A model generated the notes under the pieces. The model worked only from the letters and a program-made list of their open reading frames with translations, had not been told where the DNA came from and made no database searches. Positions 50,584 to 59,223 of a DNA stretch of 64,000 nucleotides are shown piece after piece. Source of the stretch: Candidatus Latescibacterota bacterium (lineage in GTDB: Bacteria; Latescibacterota; UBA2968). The stretch lies in assembly GCA_965204375.1 (NCBI GenBank), contig OZ241986.1, positions 3,968,001 to 4,032,000 on the forward strand, given 5' to 3'. Made by a program: the position numbers and the translations under genes. Positions within the stretch are counted from its first letter, which is position 1. Each line of letters opens with the position of its first letter.

Positions 50584-50599
50584 TGGCACACATGTTGCA
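50584..50599 (+). promoter_or_regulatory. Sigma-54 (-24/-12) promoter
   Basis: TGGCAC-ACATG-TTGCA matches the TGGCAC-N5-TTGCW consensus. Confidence 0.75.
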
Positions 50600-50699
50600 T
50601 ATATCTGTTTAAGCAGTAAAAAATCTGTATCGAATCGTGTGGAAAGCCATGCTCTGAACCTCAAATATTTAGACCGCGTTTATCGCACTGGAGAAAAAT

Positions 50700-51050
50700 A
50701 TGAACAAACAGAAAATACTGATTATAGATCACGATCCCGGCATTCTATCGATCCTTGTGGGATTTCTGAGCGATGAACCTTATGACATAAGCACAACGAG
50801 AGATGGGATAGAAGGGCTTGAAATATTGAGACGAGAGAAGATCGATCTCGCCATCGCTGAAATGTATATGGCAGGTCTCAATGGGGTAACTCTTTTGAAG
50901 TGTCTAAAGGAAGAGAAGATTCAGACAAACGTCCTGATCATGGAAAGTTTTGTGCCCCTGGAAGTAGCCGAAAAAATACTCAAAGCCGGTACTGCAGGCG
51001 TACAAGAGAATACATGGCATTTCTCCTACCCAGTATCGCACAAAAGTTAG
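50700..51050 (+). CDS. Stand-alone degenerate receiver (REC) domain protein
   Basis: KILIIDHD, DGIEGLE and MAGLNG pattern; phospho-Asp position is Glu and the KP motif is absent. Confidence 0.7.
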   Translation: MNKQKILIIDHDPGILSILVGFLSDEPYDISTTRDGIEGLEILRREKIDLAIAEMYMAGLNGVTLLKCLKEEKIQTNVLIMESFVPLEVAEKILKAGTAGVQENTWHFSYPVSHKS

Positions 51051-51241
51051 GCGTGGAGAAATTTAGACGCTTTCGGAAGGTGTTTGAGTTGAATGTTCAG
51101 AGGATTGTTTTTTGACGATTTTGGAATGCATCTCCCGCCCATAATTCTGAACGCCCGAAAGGAGGTACGAATAGAGAACTGATTGAATCACCGCATATCG
51201 TTGTTACTCAAGCAGTATAACCCTTAACAGGAGATTGTATC

Positions 51242-51784
51242 ATGTCAGAAAGTATTTTTGAACACACCACATCCATCGCAGGACTCACCTGCAAACCACT
51301 CGCCATTCTCTCTGAGACCATTTCACAAAAAGAAATGAACAAGGCGCGGGGTGGGGGTGGGAATGGACGAATTAAGATGCCGGGTGATGGCAAGATAGAT
51401 GACGGGATCACAGGTATGGATGAGCAAGACTGTCCCACATATGATTGTTACCCTGAGGGCGGCCACTTTGATACTGAGGGAAAAACCTTTACTCAGGTAG
51501 TTGGTCCTGATGTTGTCGAGGATCCGTTTGGTCCAATTTTAGGAGGCAGTGGCGGCGGTGGCGGCGGTGGTAGCTCAGAGTCAGATAATACCAACGATGA
51601 TGAGGGCCATTTGGGGGATTTTTGGAATTTTGACTTTTCAGATGACGGCACGGAAGATGACGGCACGGAAGATGAATGCACCGTCCCTTATGATTGTGGA
51701 GATGAAGAGAACGATGAAGGTAATAATGATGAAGGTAGCGGTCTGCCCGATGAGGAGAACAGTACGGAAGGTAATAATGGATAG
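51242..51784 (+). CDS. Putative exported precursor: double-glycine leader plus acidic Gly/Cys-motif core
   Basis: RBS AGGAG; ISQKEMNKARGG fits the LSxxELxxIxGG leader pattern; a C39 exporter lies downstream. Confidence 0.7.
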   Translation: MSESIFEHTTSIAGLTCKPLAILSETISQKEMNKARGGGGNGRIKMPGDGKIDDGITGMDEQDCPTYDCYPEGGHFDTEGKTFTQVVGPDVVEDPFGPILGGSGGGGGGGSSESDNTNDDEGHLGDFWNFDFSDDGTEDDGTEDECTVPYDCGDEENDEGNNDEGSGLPDEENSTEGNNG

Positions 51785-51837
51785 TTGAGGGTTCCTCGCT
51801 TTGAGTAAGCTGGCTCGCAAGAATATAAAAACAAAAG

Positions 51838-51868
51838 GAGGTTCTTTCAGGCTTGCTGGAAGAACCTC
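51838..51868 (+). terminator. 13-bp-stem hairpin downstream of the precursor gene
   Basis: GAGGTTCTTTCAG-GCTTG-CTGGAAGAACCTC followed by an AT-rich tract. Confidence 0.5.
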
Positions 51869-51972
51869 TAAATTTTATACTGTGTAGTGCAAGAATGTAT
51901 CCAGACATATAATAAGAATGTATCCGAACATATATACGAAGCAATCACTTCCAGCTTTGCCAGGTATCAGAT

Positions 51973-53334
51973 ATGAAAAAAATTTATGCTCTCATCTCAT
52001 TCCTCGTATGTGTCTTGTCGGCAGGCAGTTGCGCGGACTATCAGCTTATTGGGACGGAAGTATTATCTGAAGAACTCGTCGCGCAGCATTATACCATCAA
52101 TCCCAATCTCGACGTTGTTATCGTTGTAGATCGAACAACGCCGACCTTTGAATACCAGACCTTCTACTGCGCTGGCTGGGCAGATGAAGAGGAAGGTAAA
52201 CAAGGACGGCTACATTTCTTAGAGCATATCATGTCGGGTACCGGCAGTCAGGAATATGGGAGACTCAACCAAATCGTTAGCAAGAATGGAGGACAAAAAA
52301 ATGCTACTACCTATTATCATTTTACGCGCTTCACACTGAGATTTCCAAAGGACAAATTTGATCTCGCTGTTGAAATAGACTCAGACAGATTTTACAATAC
52401 AGTAATCAATGAAGAGGTCGTAGAAAAGGAAAAGAAAATCATCCTGACAGAAAGAAACCGCATGTTGGCAAACTTAACGCGAAGATTTACGTATTATTTT
52501 TTCGATTTGGTTTATAAAAAGAAGAATTTTGATGGCTTTGGTACTGAGGCGTTTATTAAACAACTCAATCCCATTGATTTGAGAGCGTATTATGAGAATC
52601 TTCTACGCCAACAAAAGAGATTGATCGTTGTCATCGGCGATGTAGATAGAGACTATGTCCTGATGAAATTGGACGAAGCGTATAGCTCTGCCAGTGCGAT
52701 GCAATCGCATGCAGACAGGAATGAGCCAGTACCGAGCCAATTGCCTGCATCTCAATTTCCCAACCCTGAAATCCTGGGCAGAAAGTTCAGGATTACTTCA
52801 AAGAACCTCAGTATTTCCAAGTTCAGAAAGAGTTGGGACACACCAAATTTAGGGCATCGAGACTATGTGGGATTGTCCATTATAGCCAACATTTTGAACA
52901 AAACTGCAAATTCCTTAAGATCTTATGCCGTTGACTCTGGACTTGCGAGAGTTTTCCACATAGAACTGAACTACTATAAAGGATTTGGTCTGATGAGTTG
53001 TACAGCAGACCTTCCCCATACTACGTCTCCAGACGCTATCCACGATATTATTCAGGTAGAGTTAGAGAAGCTGAAATCAATTTCTGAAGATGATCTTAAT
53101 GCAGCCCGCAATGAACTATTACACCGCCTGTATTCCACATTTTATGATCACTCAAGCATGGCTTATTCATTTGGGAAGGCATTTGCCCATGCCAACGATC
53201 CCCTCCTGTATCTCAAATTGATAAACGATATCAAATCCATTCAAAAAGAAAACATTCCGCGCATCATTAATCAATACCTGACGGATGATAATTCGATAAC
53301 TGTTTACCTGACGTTAAAAAAAAACAAAGAATAA
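51973..53334 (+). CDS. M16 (inverzincin) peptidase, catalytic subunit, copy 1, with signal peptide
   Basis: GRLHFLEHIM (HxxEH), NATT and EKKIILTE motifs. Confidence 0.85.
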   Translation: MKKIYALISFLVCVLSAGSCADYQLIGTEVLSEELVAQHYTINPNLDVVIVVDRTTPTFEYQTFYCAGWADEEEGKQGRLHFLEHIMSGTGSQEYGRLNQIVSKNGGQKNATTYYHFTRFTLRFPKDKFDLAVEIDSDRFYNTVINEEVVEKEKKIILTERNRMLANLTRRFTYYFFDLVYKKKNFDGFGTEAFIKQLNPIDLRAYYENLLRQQKRLIVVIGDVDRDYVLMKLDEAYSSASAMQSHADRNEPVPSQLPASQFPNPEILGRKFRITSKNLSISKFRKSWDTPNLGHRDYVGLSIIANILNKTANSLRSYAVDSGLARVFHIELNYYKGFGLMSCTADLPHTTSPDAIHDIIQVELEKLKSISEDDLNAARNELLHRLYSTFYDHSSMAYSFGKAFAHANDPLLYLKLINDIKSIQKENIPRIINQYLTDDNSITVYLTLKKNKE

Positions 53335-53443
53335 TGTGATGTGTAACTTCAAAATACCAAGCATTGAGATATAGGGAATTGTTCTTAATGTTTTTTTGAT
53401 ACAAAAAAATAGATATGAAAGTTCGCCCAAAAGGCAAATAAAT

Positions 53444-54814
53444 ATGTCTCCAAAAGTGATATTTAGCTTTGTCCTGTGTTACATGGTTGGCGTCCTATCC
53501 GCTTCTCCTGTCTGCCTTTTTGCTGCGGAAAACGCCCCACGGACTGGTATAGACAGAGTTGCAATCCCCAATCACCATATTTTTTATCGCAACGACAAAC
53601 GCGCGCCGTTGACTAAAATTGAGATTGTCTTTCTCGGGGCCGGGAGAAATCAGGAACAGCCTTCTAAGATTGGGCTTGCGGAAATGGTTTCCTGGTTAAT
53701 GTGGGAATACGCTAAAAAGCAGGGATATATAGATCAACTATCAGCATTAGGTACCCGTCTGAATGTCATTTCCAGTACACAATACCACAGGATAGTCATT
53801 TCCACCTTATCGAAGAACTGCGGCGAGTCCATAGAAATAGTCCGCGATCTCATACACAGCCTCGAGTTTTCTGAGTCTAATTTAAAATATGTAAAAAAAC
53901 TGATGGTGGCTGATTACCAAAATGGTCTGCGGAGAAGTACCTACCCGCTTATGCGAGATTTTGCACTTGCACAAACAAAAGAACTAAAAAAAACGAACTC
54001 CTTAAAAACACTCGAAAACCTCTCACATGAGGACGTCAGTCAATATTATGATCGGTTTCTGAAAACCGATGTGGTGTTTTTTAAGGTGATCTCAAACCTC
54101 GATTCCACCCGGGTTGCGAAGTTGCTTCGTCCAATTACAGAGACACGGCAAAGGGGTGGTTTTGTGCATTCACTGAAAATCCTAACAACGGATTATAGCT
54201 CTGGTCCTTCGGCTTTTGTCTTTAATTCAAACATAAAAAGTGTGTTCTGCCATTGGTTGATGCCCTGTGGCAGTGTGGGTGAAAAAAATTATATCCCCAC
54301 ACTCATATCCGATACACTTCGAGAAGATACTCATGGCCTGGTTATTCGGCATTTTAGAGAAGAATTGGGATTGGTTTATGGTCCTTCTTCTGAGGTGCGA
54401 TCGTCCGGAGGTATCAGGTATCTTAATATTTACGCCGATCCCCAACTCCAGAACAGCGAAGAATTGATTGTAAAAATGTCCGACTTCATCCGAGGACTTT
54501 CCGATAATCCTCGCTTTTGGGAGTTCCTCAAGGAACGCCGTGAAATTCTAAAGGTGTCAGATGTCTTCAACCAGACACCACAGCGAAGTCTTGACCGTGA
54601 GGTAAATAAAACCATTTACAACAGACCACAGCGAAAAGGCGGTTATGATGCAGTCACTGATGCTGAGGTGCGTGCTTTTCTCGAAAAGTTTTTTGTGCCA
54701 GAAAATATGATCATGATCTTTGTCGGACCTAAGGATCACATCATAGACATTTTGAAGAGACACTTGCCTGAAGTTGATATTCGCGTTCACGATGTCAAAG
54801 AATTGATTGAGTAA
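53444..54814 (+). CDS. M16 peptidase non-catalytic partner subunit, copy 1
   Basis: M16 fold motifs (GAG..E..GLA, FREELGLVY); no HxxEH; signal peptide. Confidence 0.8.
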   Translation: MSPKVIFSFVLCYMVGVLSASPVCLFAAENAPRTGIDRVAIPNHHIFYRNDKRAPLTKIEIVFLGAGRNQEQPSKIGLAEMVSWLMWEYAKKQGYIDQLSALGTRLNVISSTQYHRIVISTLSKNCGESIEIVRDLIHSLEFSESNLKYVKKLMVADYQNGLRRSTYPLMRDFALAQTKELKKTNSLKTLENLSHEDVSQYYDRFLKTDVVFFKVISNLDSTRVAKLLRPITETRQRGGFVHSLKILTTDYSSGPSAFVFNSNIKSVFCHWLMPCGSVGEKNYIPTLISDTLREDTHGLVIRHFREELGLVYGPSSEVRSSGGIRYLNIYADPQLQNSEELIVKMSDFIRGLSDNPRFWEFLKERREILKVSDVFNQTPQRSLDREVNKTIYNRPQRKGGYDAVTDAEVRAFLEKFFVPENMIMIFVGPKDHIIDILKRHLPEVDIRVHDVKELIE

Positions 54815-54860
54815 ACCGTCAGAAGCGGTGTACAACTGGTCGATTTACAGACCAGTTCAT

Positions 54861-55030
54861 CAGGATGGGCAGGATGCAAGGATGATCAGGATGAGAACCC
54901 GCAGATCAGAAGTAGGTAGGCGATAGGCGGATGCAGAGGAAGGCAAGCACGGACCTGCTTGCGTGCGGACAACCGCCCTCGCAGGCAAGTGAACAGGATG
55001 AAAACCCGTAGAGCAGAGGACGTAGCAATA
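54861..55030 (+). repeat. Composite intergenic repeat: 9-mer CAGGATG-type tract, nested palindrome and GATGAAAACCCGTAGAGCAG unit
   Basis: The GATGAAAACCCGTAGAGCAG unit recurs near 50159-50178; a similar 9-mer tract lies at 27518-27550. Confidence 0.6.
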
Positions 55031-55053
55031 ACCACTGACATGAGGAACCGACT

Positions 55054-55653
55054 GTGGAAGCGTTTATTATTTTGACCATTCTCATTATCGTATTTCTGGT
55101 GATCGGTGGCCGATGGGCAAAGAATTTCTTTGGTTGCTGCTGCCACGAGTGTGGAACCAAAATGCAGCCTTATGAGAAATTGTCCGATAGTGATAAGTCT
55201 GATATTCTGACATATTTCAGACGTTTTGAAGACCGCGAGCCAGACGTGGAGGGCATTTTTGCGTGTGGGAATTGCCTGCTGGTGTACGATGACTTTTCGG
55301 GCGAAAAGCGAACAATGGATGGCGACGAAAGGTCATTCTGCAAGGTGTGCAATTCCTATGGTGTATCGTATATAGGCCCCATGTCGTCTGACGATTTGGA
55401 GAAATTTCAGGAGCGGAACAAAAACCTGATTGAACCAATTGAGTGTCTCAGATGCAAAAGAAATCCTATAGGGGAGTATGACTGTGTGCCCTGCGACACA
55501 GAGATCAAGATAACGGCTTGTCGGCGTTGCTATTCGATCTATGCACAGATGCCAGTTAATGGTAGTCGATACAGATTTCAGGTCCTGCTTTCGGACAGGG
55601 AAATCATCAAAGATACACCCGACTCAAAATGGGGTGTATTTGAACCCGAGTAA
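55054..55653 (+). CDS. Membrane-anchored protein with six CxxC motifs
   Basis: N-terminal TM; CHEC, CGNC, CKVC, CLRC, CVPC and CRRC; RBS GAGGA before GTG. Confidence 0.65.
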   Translation: MEAFIILTILIIVFLVIGGRWAKNFFGCCCHECGTKMQPYEKLSDSDKSDILTYFRRFEDREPDVEGIFACGNCLLVYDDFSGEKRTMDGDERSFCKVCNSYGVSYIGPMSSDDLEKFQERNKNLIEPIECLRCKRNPIGEYDCVPCDTEIKITACRRCYSIYAQMPVNGSRYRFQVLLSDREIIKDTPDSKWGVFEPE

Positions 55654-55678
55654 ACGGTTATATGCGGTTTGAAACATT

Positions 55679-55710
55679 CTGGATTGCGGCTAAAACCATG
55701 CCGCAATGAC
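55679..55710 (+). repeat. REP-like palindromic element (variant with compensatory change)
   Basis: CTGGATTGCGGC..GCCGCAATGAC. Confidence 0.75.
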
Positions 55711-55781
55711 ACCCATTATTCGTCACTTTTCACATCTATATCCGTGTTAATCCGTGTTAATCTGTAGCTGCATTTGAAAAC

Positions 55782-58700
55782 ATGATAAAACGAACCGACC
55801 TATATGCCTCTCTGAGACCTCATGCAGAGAAAATGCAGGTCAATCTCGGGGAGGTTTTATTTTCTGAAGGCGACAGGGGCGATTGTTTTTACTATGTCGT
55901 ATCCGGGCAACTCAGGGTTTTAACGAGAGACCCCAATAACGAGATGCAAACCCTGGGTTATCTCTTTCCCGGCGACCATTGCGGAGAAGGCGCGTTGCTC
56001 ACAGGTAAACCGCGCAGGGCAACGGTTCGAGCGGTTGAACCCTCAATCGTGCTAAAAATATCTCAAAGAGGCTTTCACGCCCTCGTATCAGAGCATCGGG
56101 AACTGACTCCTTACCTGCTCGACCAAGTGCAGGACATCGCCTATCGGAACTTCACAAAATTTCTGAAACTGGACACTGTAAACCTCCCTGAAGCCATGCA
56201 GCTTTTCTTTCAATGTCTGGAGCGGAAAGTTATTGCAGCAGAGGAAAAAGCATTATGGCGAGATGAAGAAGCAAAAGGACTCTATCTCATTGGGCGCGGA
56301 ACCTTGCAATTGAGAGAGGCGGACCAGCCCGCCAAAAGGTTAAAACCGGGCGACTTTTTTGGCGGCATAGATGATCAGCTCACTATTGAAACAGAAACAG
56401 AAGTCGTGCTCTACACCCTTTCGCACATCGCCCTCGCCAGAGTGCTTGAAAGTGCCCCCCAACTCATCCGGGTTTTCGAGAAGACCGATCAGAATGAACA
56501 AGAAGAACCGCTCAAGATATTGCCACAAAATGGTCGGATTAAAACGATAGAGATCGAGCCTGAAAATAGCATCTCGGATCACAGCCCTCGAAAACTGCGA
56601 AACTACATCACATTTCCCTACATCAAACAACACGATGAGACCGATTGCGGCGCGGCTTGTCTCGGCATGATCTGTCAGTATTATGGGCAATCCATTGGCT
56701 TAAACCGTCTGCGAGACATGGCCAATGTCTCGCGGGAAGGCACATCCCTATCTGCGCTTGCCGAAGCCGCTGAAAACCTGGGCTTTTTAACGCGAGGTGT
56801 GCGGATTGGATACAGTGAAATCGGAGACAGAGACCTGCCACTTATCGCGCACTGGGAAGGCTATCACTTTGTCGTTCTGTATCGGATCAGTTCAAAATAC
56901 GCATGGATAACAGACCCTGCACTTGGGCGCAGAAAAATTTCTCGCAAAGAATTTGAAGACAAATGGTCCAAACTCGCCTTAATACTCGAATACACCGACA
57001 AGGTCTCGAGATACAGGGGAAGAAAATCATCGTTCAGGCGGTTTTTCCCACTCGCCCGCCCATATCTCGGCATCCTCGTCGAAATCATGATGGCCTCCCT
57101 TTTGCTGAACCTCTTTGGCCTTGCCTCACCTCTTTTTACCCAGATGATCCTCGACCAGGTCCTCGTTCATCAAGATACCAGTCTGCTCAATCTCATGCTT
57201 TTAGGCATGATCATTATCGCCTTATTTCGGATCGCCACATCTTCGCTGCGCAACTACCTGATAGGGTATGTGGGGGCGCGCATCAGTATCTCGATGTTAT
57301 CGCACATCTACCACCATCTTCTCCGTCTGCCCATGCGATTTTTCGCCCTCCGCAGAACCGGTGAAATCATGACGCGCTTTCGAGAAAGCCAGTACTTGAG
57401 AAGCTTATTGACAGAAACGGCTATTTCAGCCGTCCTTGATGCGGTCATGATTTTTGTCTATTTGGGTCTGATGTTCTATTACCACACCACTTTGACACTT
57501 TGGGTTTTGGCATTCATACCGCTTAGCATTATCCTGACATTGATCTACACCCCCATCCTCAAGTCCATCAACCAACGATCTTTTCTCGCCCGTTCGGAAT
57601 GGTCATCCGTACTCATCGATTCCCTGCGTGGCATTGAAGTCATAAAAACCCTCGCAGTCGAAAAATCCACGCGATGGTTATGGGAAGAACGCTTGACCCA
57701 GGAAATCAAAATTGGTTTTACCGCGATCAAAACAAATATGCTATTTGGGTCTTTTGGACAGTTGAACAAGGTTTTGGGTAGCACCATCGTGCTCTGGTAT
57801 GGCGCGAACCTGGTCATTCAAGGCGACTTATCAGTCGGTCAGCTAATCGCTTTCAATATGCTCAGTGGCAGTGTATTGGGACCGATCATGGGATTGATTA
57901 ACCTGTGGCCACAGATTCAACTGGCGAAAATAGGACTGGACCGATTAAACGACATCTACGATATGCGAACCGAGTCATCGCGCAACCGCAACTATTCGGT
58001 TCAACTCACAGACGTAGAGGGACACATCGCATTTGACAACGTGTTCTTCCGGTATGGATCGGGATCGACAGAGCCTTATGTCTTAAGCGATATAAATTTG
58101 GACATAAGACCCGGACAGAAAGTAGCCATAGTAGGTCGTAGCGGTGCGGGCAAGACAACACTGGTAAAACTCATACCCCGACTATTTGATCCCACAGAGG
58201 GATCAGTCACCCTCGATGGTACAGACCTGCGCGAATTGGAACAAGCAGAGATCGCATTTAAAAAAGCTGAATTTGATCTGCAACAAACCCTGCCGCAAAA
58301 AAGAATTCTGGCAAAAGAGACCATCTCCGCGCTTGAACATCGCGTTCGTGTCATGCAAGCCGCGATGCAGACCTACCGGGAAGCACTTGGGAATCATACA
58401 GAAACGTCTCAACCTCCCGATATCGAGATCGAAATACAATTCCGATCCGCAGAAGTAGAACATTTGAAACAGCGATATGAGCAAAACCAAAAATTGTACG
58501 AAAAGAAACTCATCAGCCTTGCGGCACTAAATGAAGCCAAAGTTCGCTATCTGAGCGCGTTGGCAGAACTGCCCGCGCGGATGGCAGAGATCAATCGCTA
58601 TGAGGTATCCCTAAAAGACTTAAAACGCCAAATCCTCGAAGAACGACTCGAACTTGAACGCACGCGAGCCAATTTCCAAAATGCTTATGACATTGCAGCA

Positions 58701-59222
58701 GCCAGACTCAAACAGGCGAGACAAGCGGTTAATCGATCCGTTGACGCAGACATCGATTTAATTCTCGCACCCGAATCGGGAATCGTCACACAAGTACTGG
58801 TCAATACACCCGGTCAAGTAGTCAATAAAGGCGAGACACTGGTAACCATTGCGCCAGCCTCGACACCGATTGTAGCCGAAGCTCTGATCTTGAACAAAGA
58901 CGTGGGTCTGCTGTCATCTGGACAAAAGGTAAAACTCAAATTTGAAGCATTTCCATTTCAGGACTACGGCATCCAACACGGCTATTTGAGACAGATTTCA
59001 CCTGATGCAATGGGCGATGAGGGTTCGGGAACCGTGTTTAGAGGTATTATTGATCTTGAGAACACGACCATTCTTGTACACGGCGAGGAAAAAGCGTTCA
59101 TGTTCGGCATGAAGGGCACAGCAGAAATCATAACAGATCGCCAGTCCATTTTGATGCTCGCGCTCAATCCATTGCGACAATTGCGCGAAATAGCCGCACT
59201 TTCGCCAGAGGCTGAAAAATAA
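55782..59222 (+). CDS. cNMP-binding + C39 peptidase + ABC membrane domain + partial NBD, fused in frame to the C-terminal part of HlyD
   Basis: EGDRGD/GEGALL..RRATV (cNMP); QHDETDCGAAC, HFVV and DPA (C39 catalytic residues); Walker A GRSGAGKT; no LSGGQ or Walker B; ILAPESGIV and KFEAFPFQDYG (HlyD). Confidence 0.85.
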   Translation: MIKRTDLYASLRPHAEKMQVNLGEVLFSEGDRGDCFYYVVSGQLRVLTRDPNNEMQTLGYLFPGDHCGEGALLTGKPRRATVRAVEPSIVLKISQRGFHALVSEHRELTPYLLDQVQDIAYRNFTKFLKLDTVNLPEAMQLFFQCLERKVIAAEEKALWRDEEAKGLYLIGRGTLQLREADQPAKRLKPGDFFGGIDDQLTIETETEVVLYTLSHIALARVLESAPQLIRVFEKTDQNEQEEPLKILPQNGRIKTIEIEPENSISDHSPRKLRNYITFPYIKQHDETDCGAACLGMICQYYGQSIGLNRLRDMANVSREGTSLSALAEAAENLGFLTRGVRIGYSEIGDRDLPLIAHWEGYHFVVLYRISSKYAWITDPALGRRKISRKEFEDKWSKLALILEYTDKVSRYRGRKSSFRRFFPLARPYLGILVEIMMASLLLNLFGLASPLFTQMILDQVLVHQDTSLLNLMLLGMIIIALFRIATSSLRNYLIGYVGARISISMLSHIYHHLLRLPMRFFALRRTGEIMTRFRESQYLRSLLTETAISAVLDAVMIFVYLGLMFYYHTTLTLWVLAFIPLSIILTLIYTPILKSINQRSFLARSEWSSVLIDSLRGIEVIKTLAVEKSTRWLWEERLTQEIKIGFTAIKTNMLFGSFGQLNKVLGSTIVLWYGANLVIQGDLSVGQLIAFNMLSGSVLGPIMGLINLWPQIQLAKIGLDRLNDIYDMRTESSRNRNYSVQLTDVEGHIAFDNVFFRYGSGSTEPYVLSDINLDIRPGQKVAIVGRSGAGKTTLVKLIPRLFDPTEGSVTLDGTDLRELEQAEIAFKKAEFDLQQTLPQKRILAKETISALEHRVRVMQAAMQTYREALGNHTETSQPPDIEIEIQFRSAEVEHLKQRYEQNQKLYEKKLISLAALNEAKVRYLSALAELPARMAEINRYEVSLKDLKRQILEERLELERTRANFQNAYDIAAARLKQARQAVNRSVDADIDLILAPESGIVTQVLVNTPGQVVNKGETLVTIAPASTPIVAEALILNKDVGLLSSGQKVKLKFEAFPFQDYGIQHGYLRQISPDAMGDEGSGTVFRGIIDLENTTILVHGEEKAFMFGMKGTAEIITDRQSILMLALNPLRQLREIAALSPEAEK

Positions 59223-59223
59223 A

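Noticed and set aside
51242-51784. Lanthipeptide, ranthipeptide, proteusin or graspetide precursor
   Set aside because: No matching modification enzyme in the window and no NHLP/Nif11-length leader; cannot be excluded if enzymes lie beyond 64000
55054-55653. Multiheme cytochrome c
   Set aside because: The CxxC motifs are not followed by His
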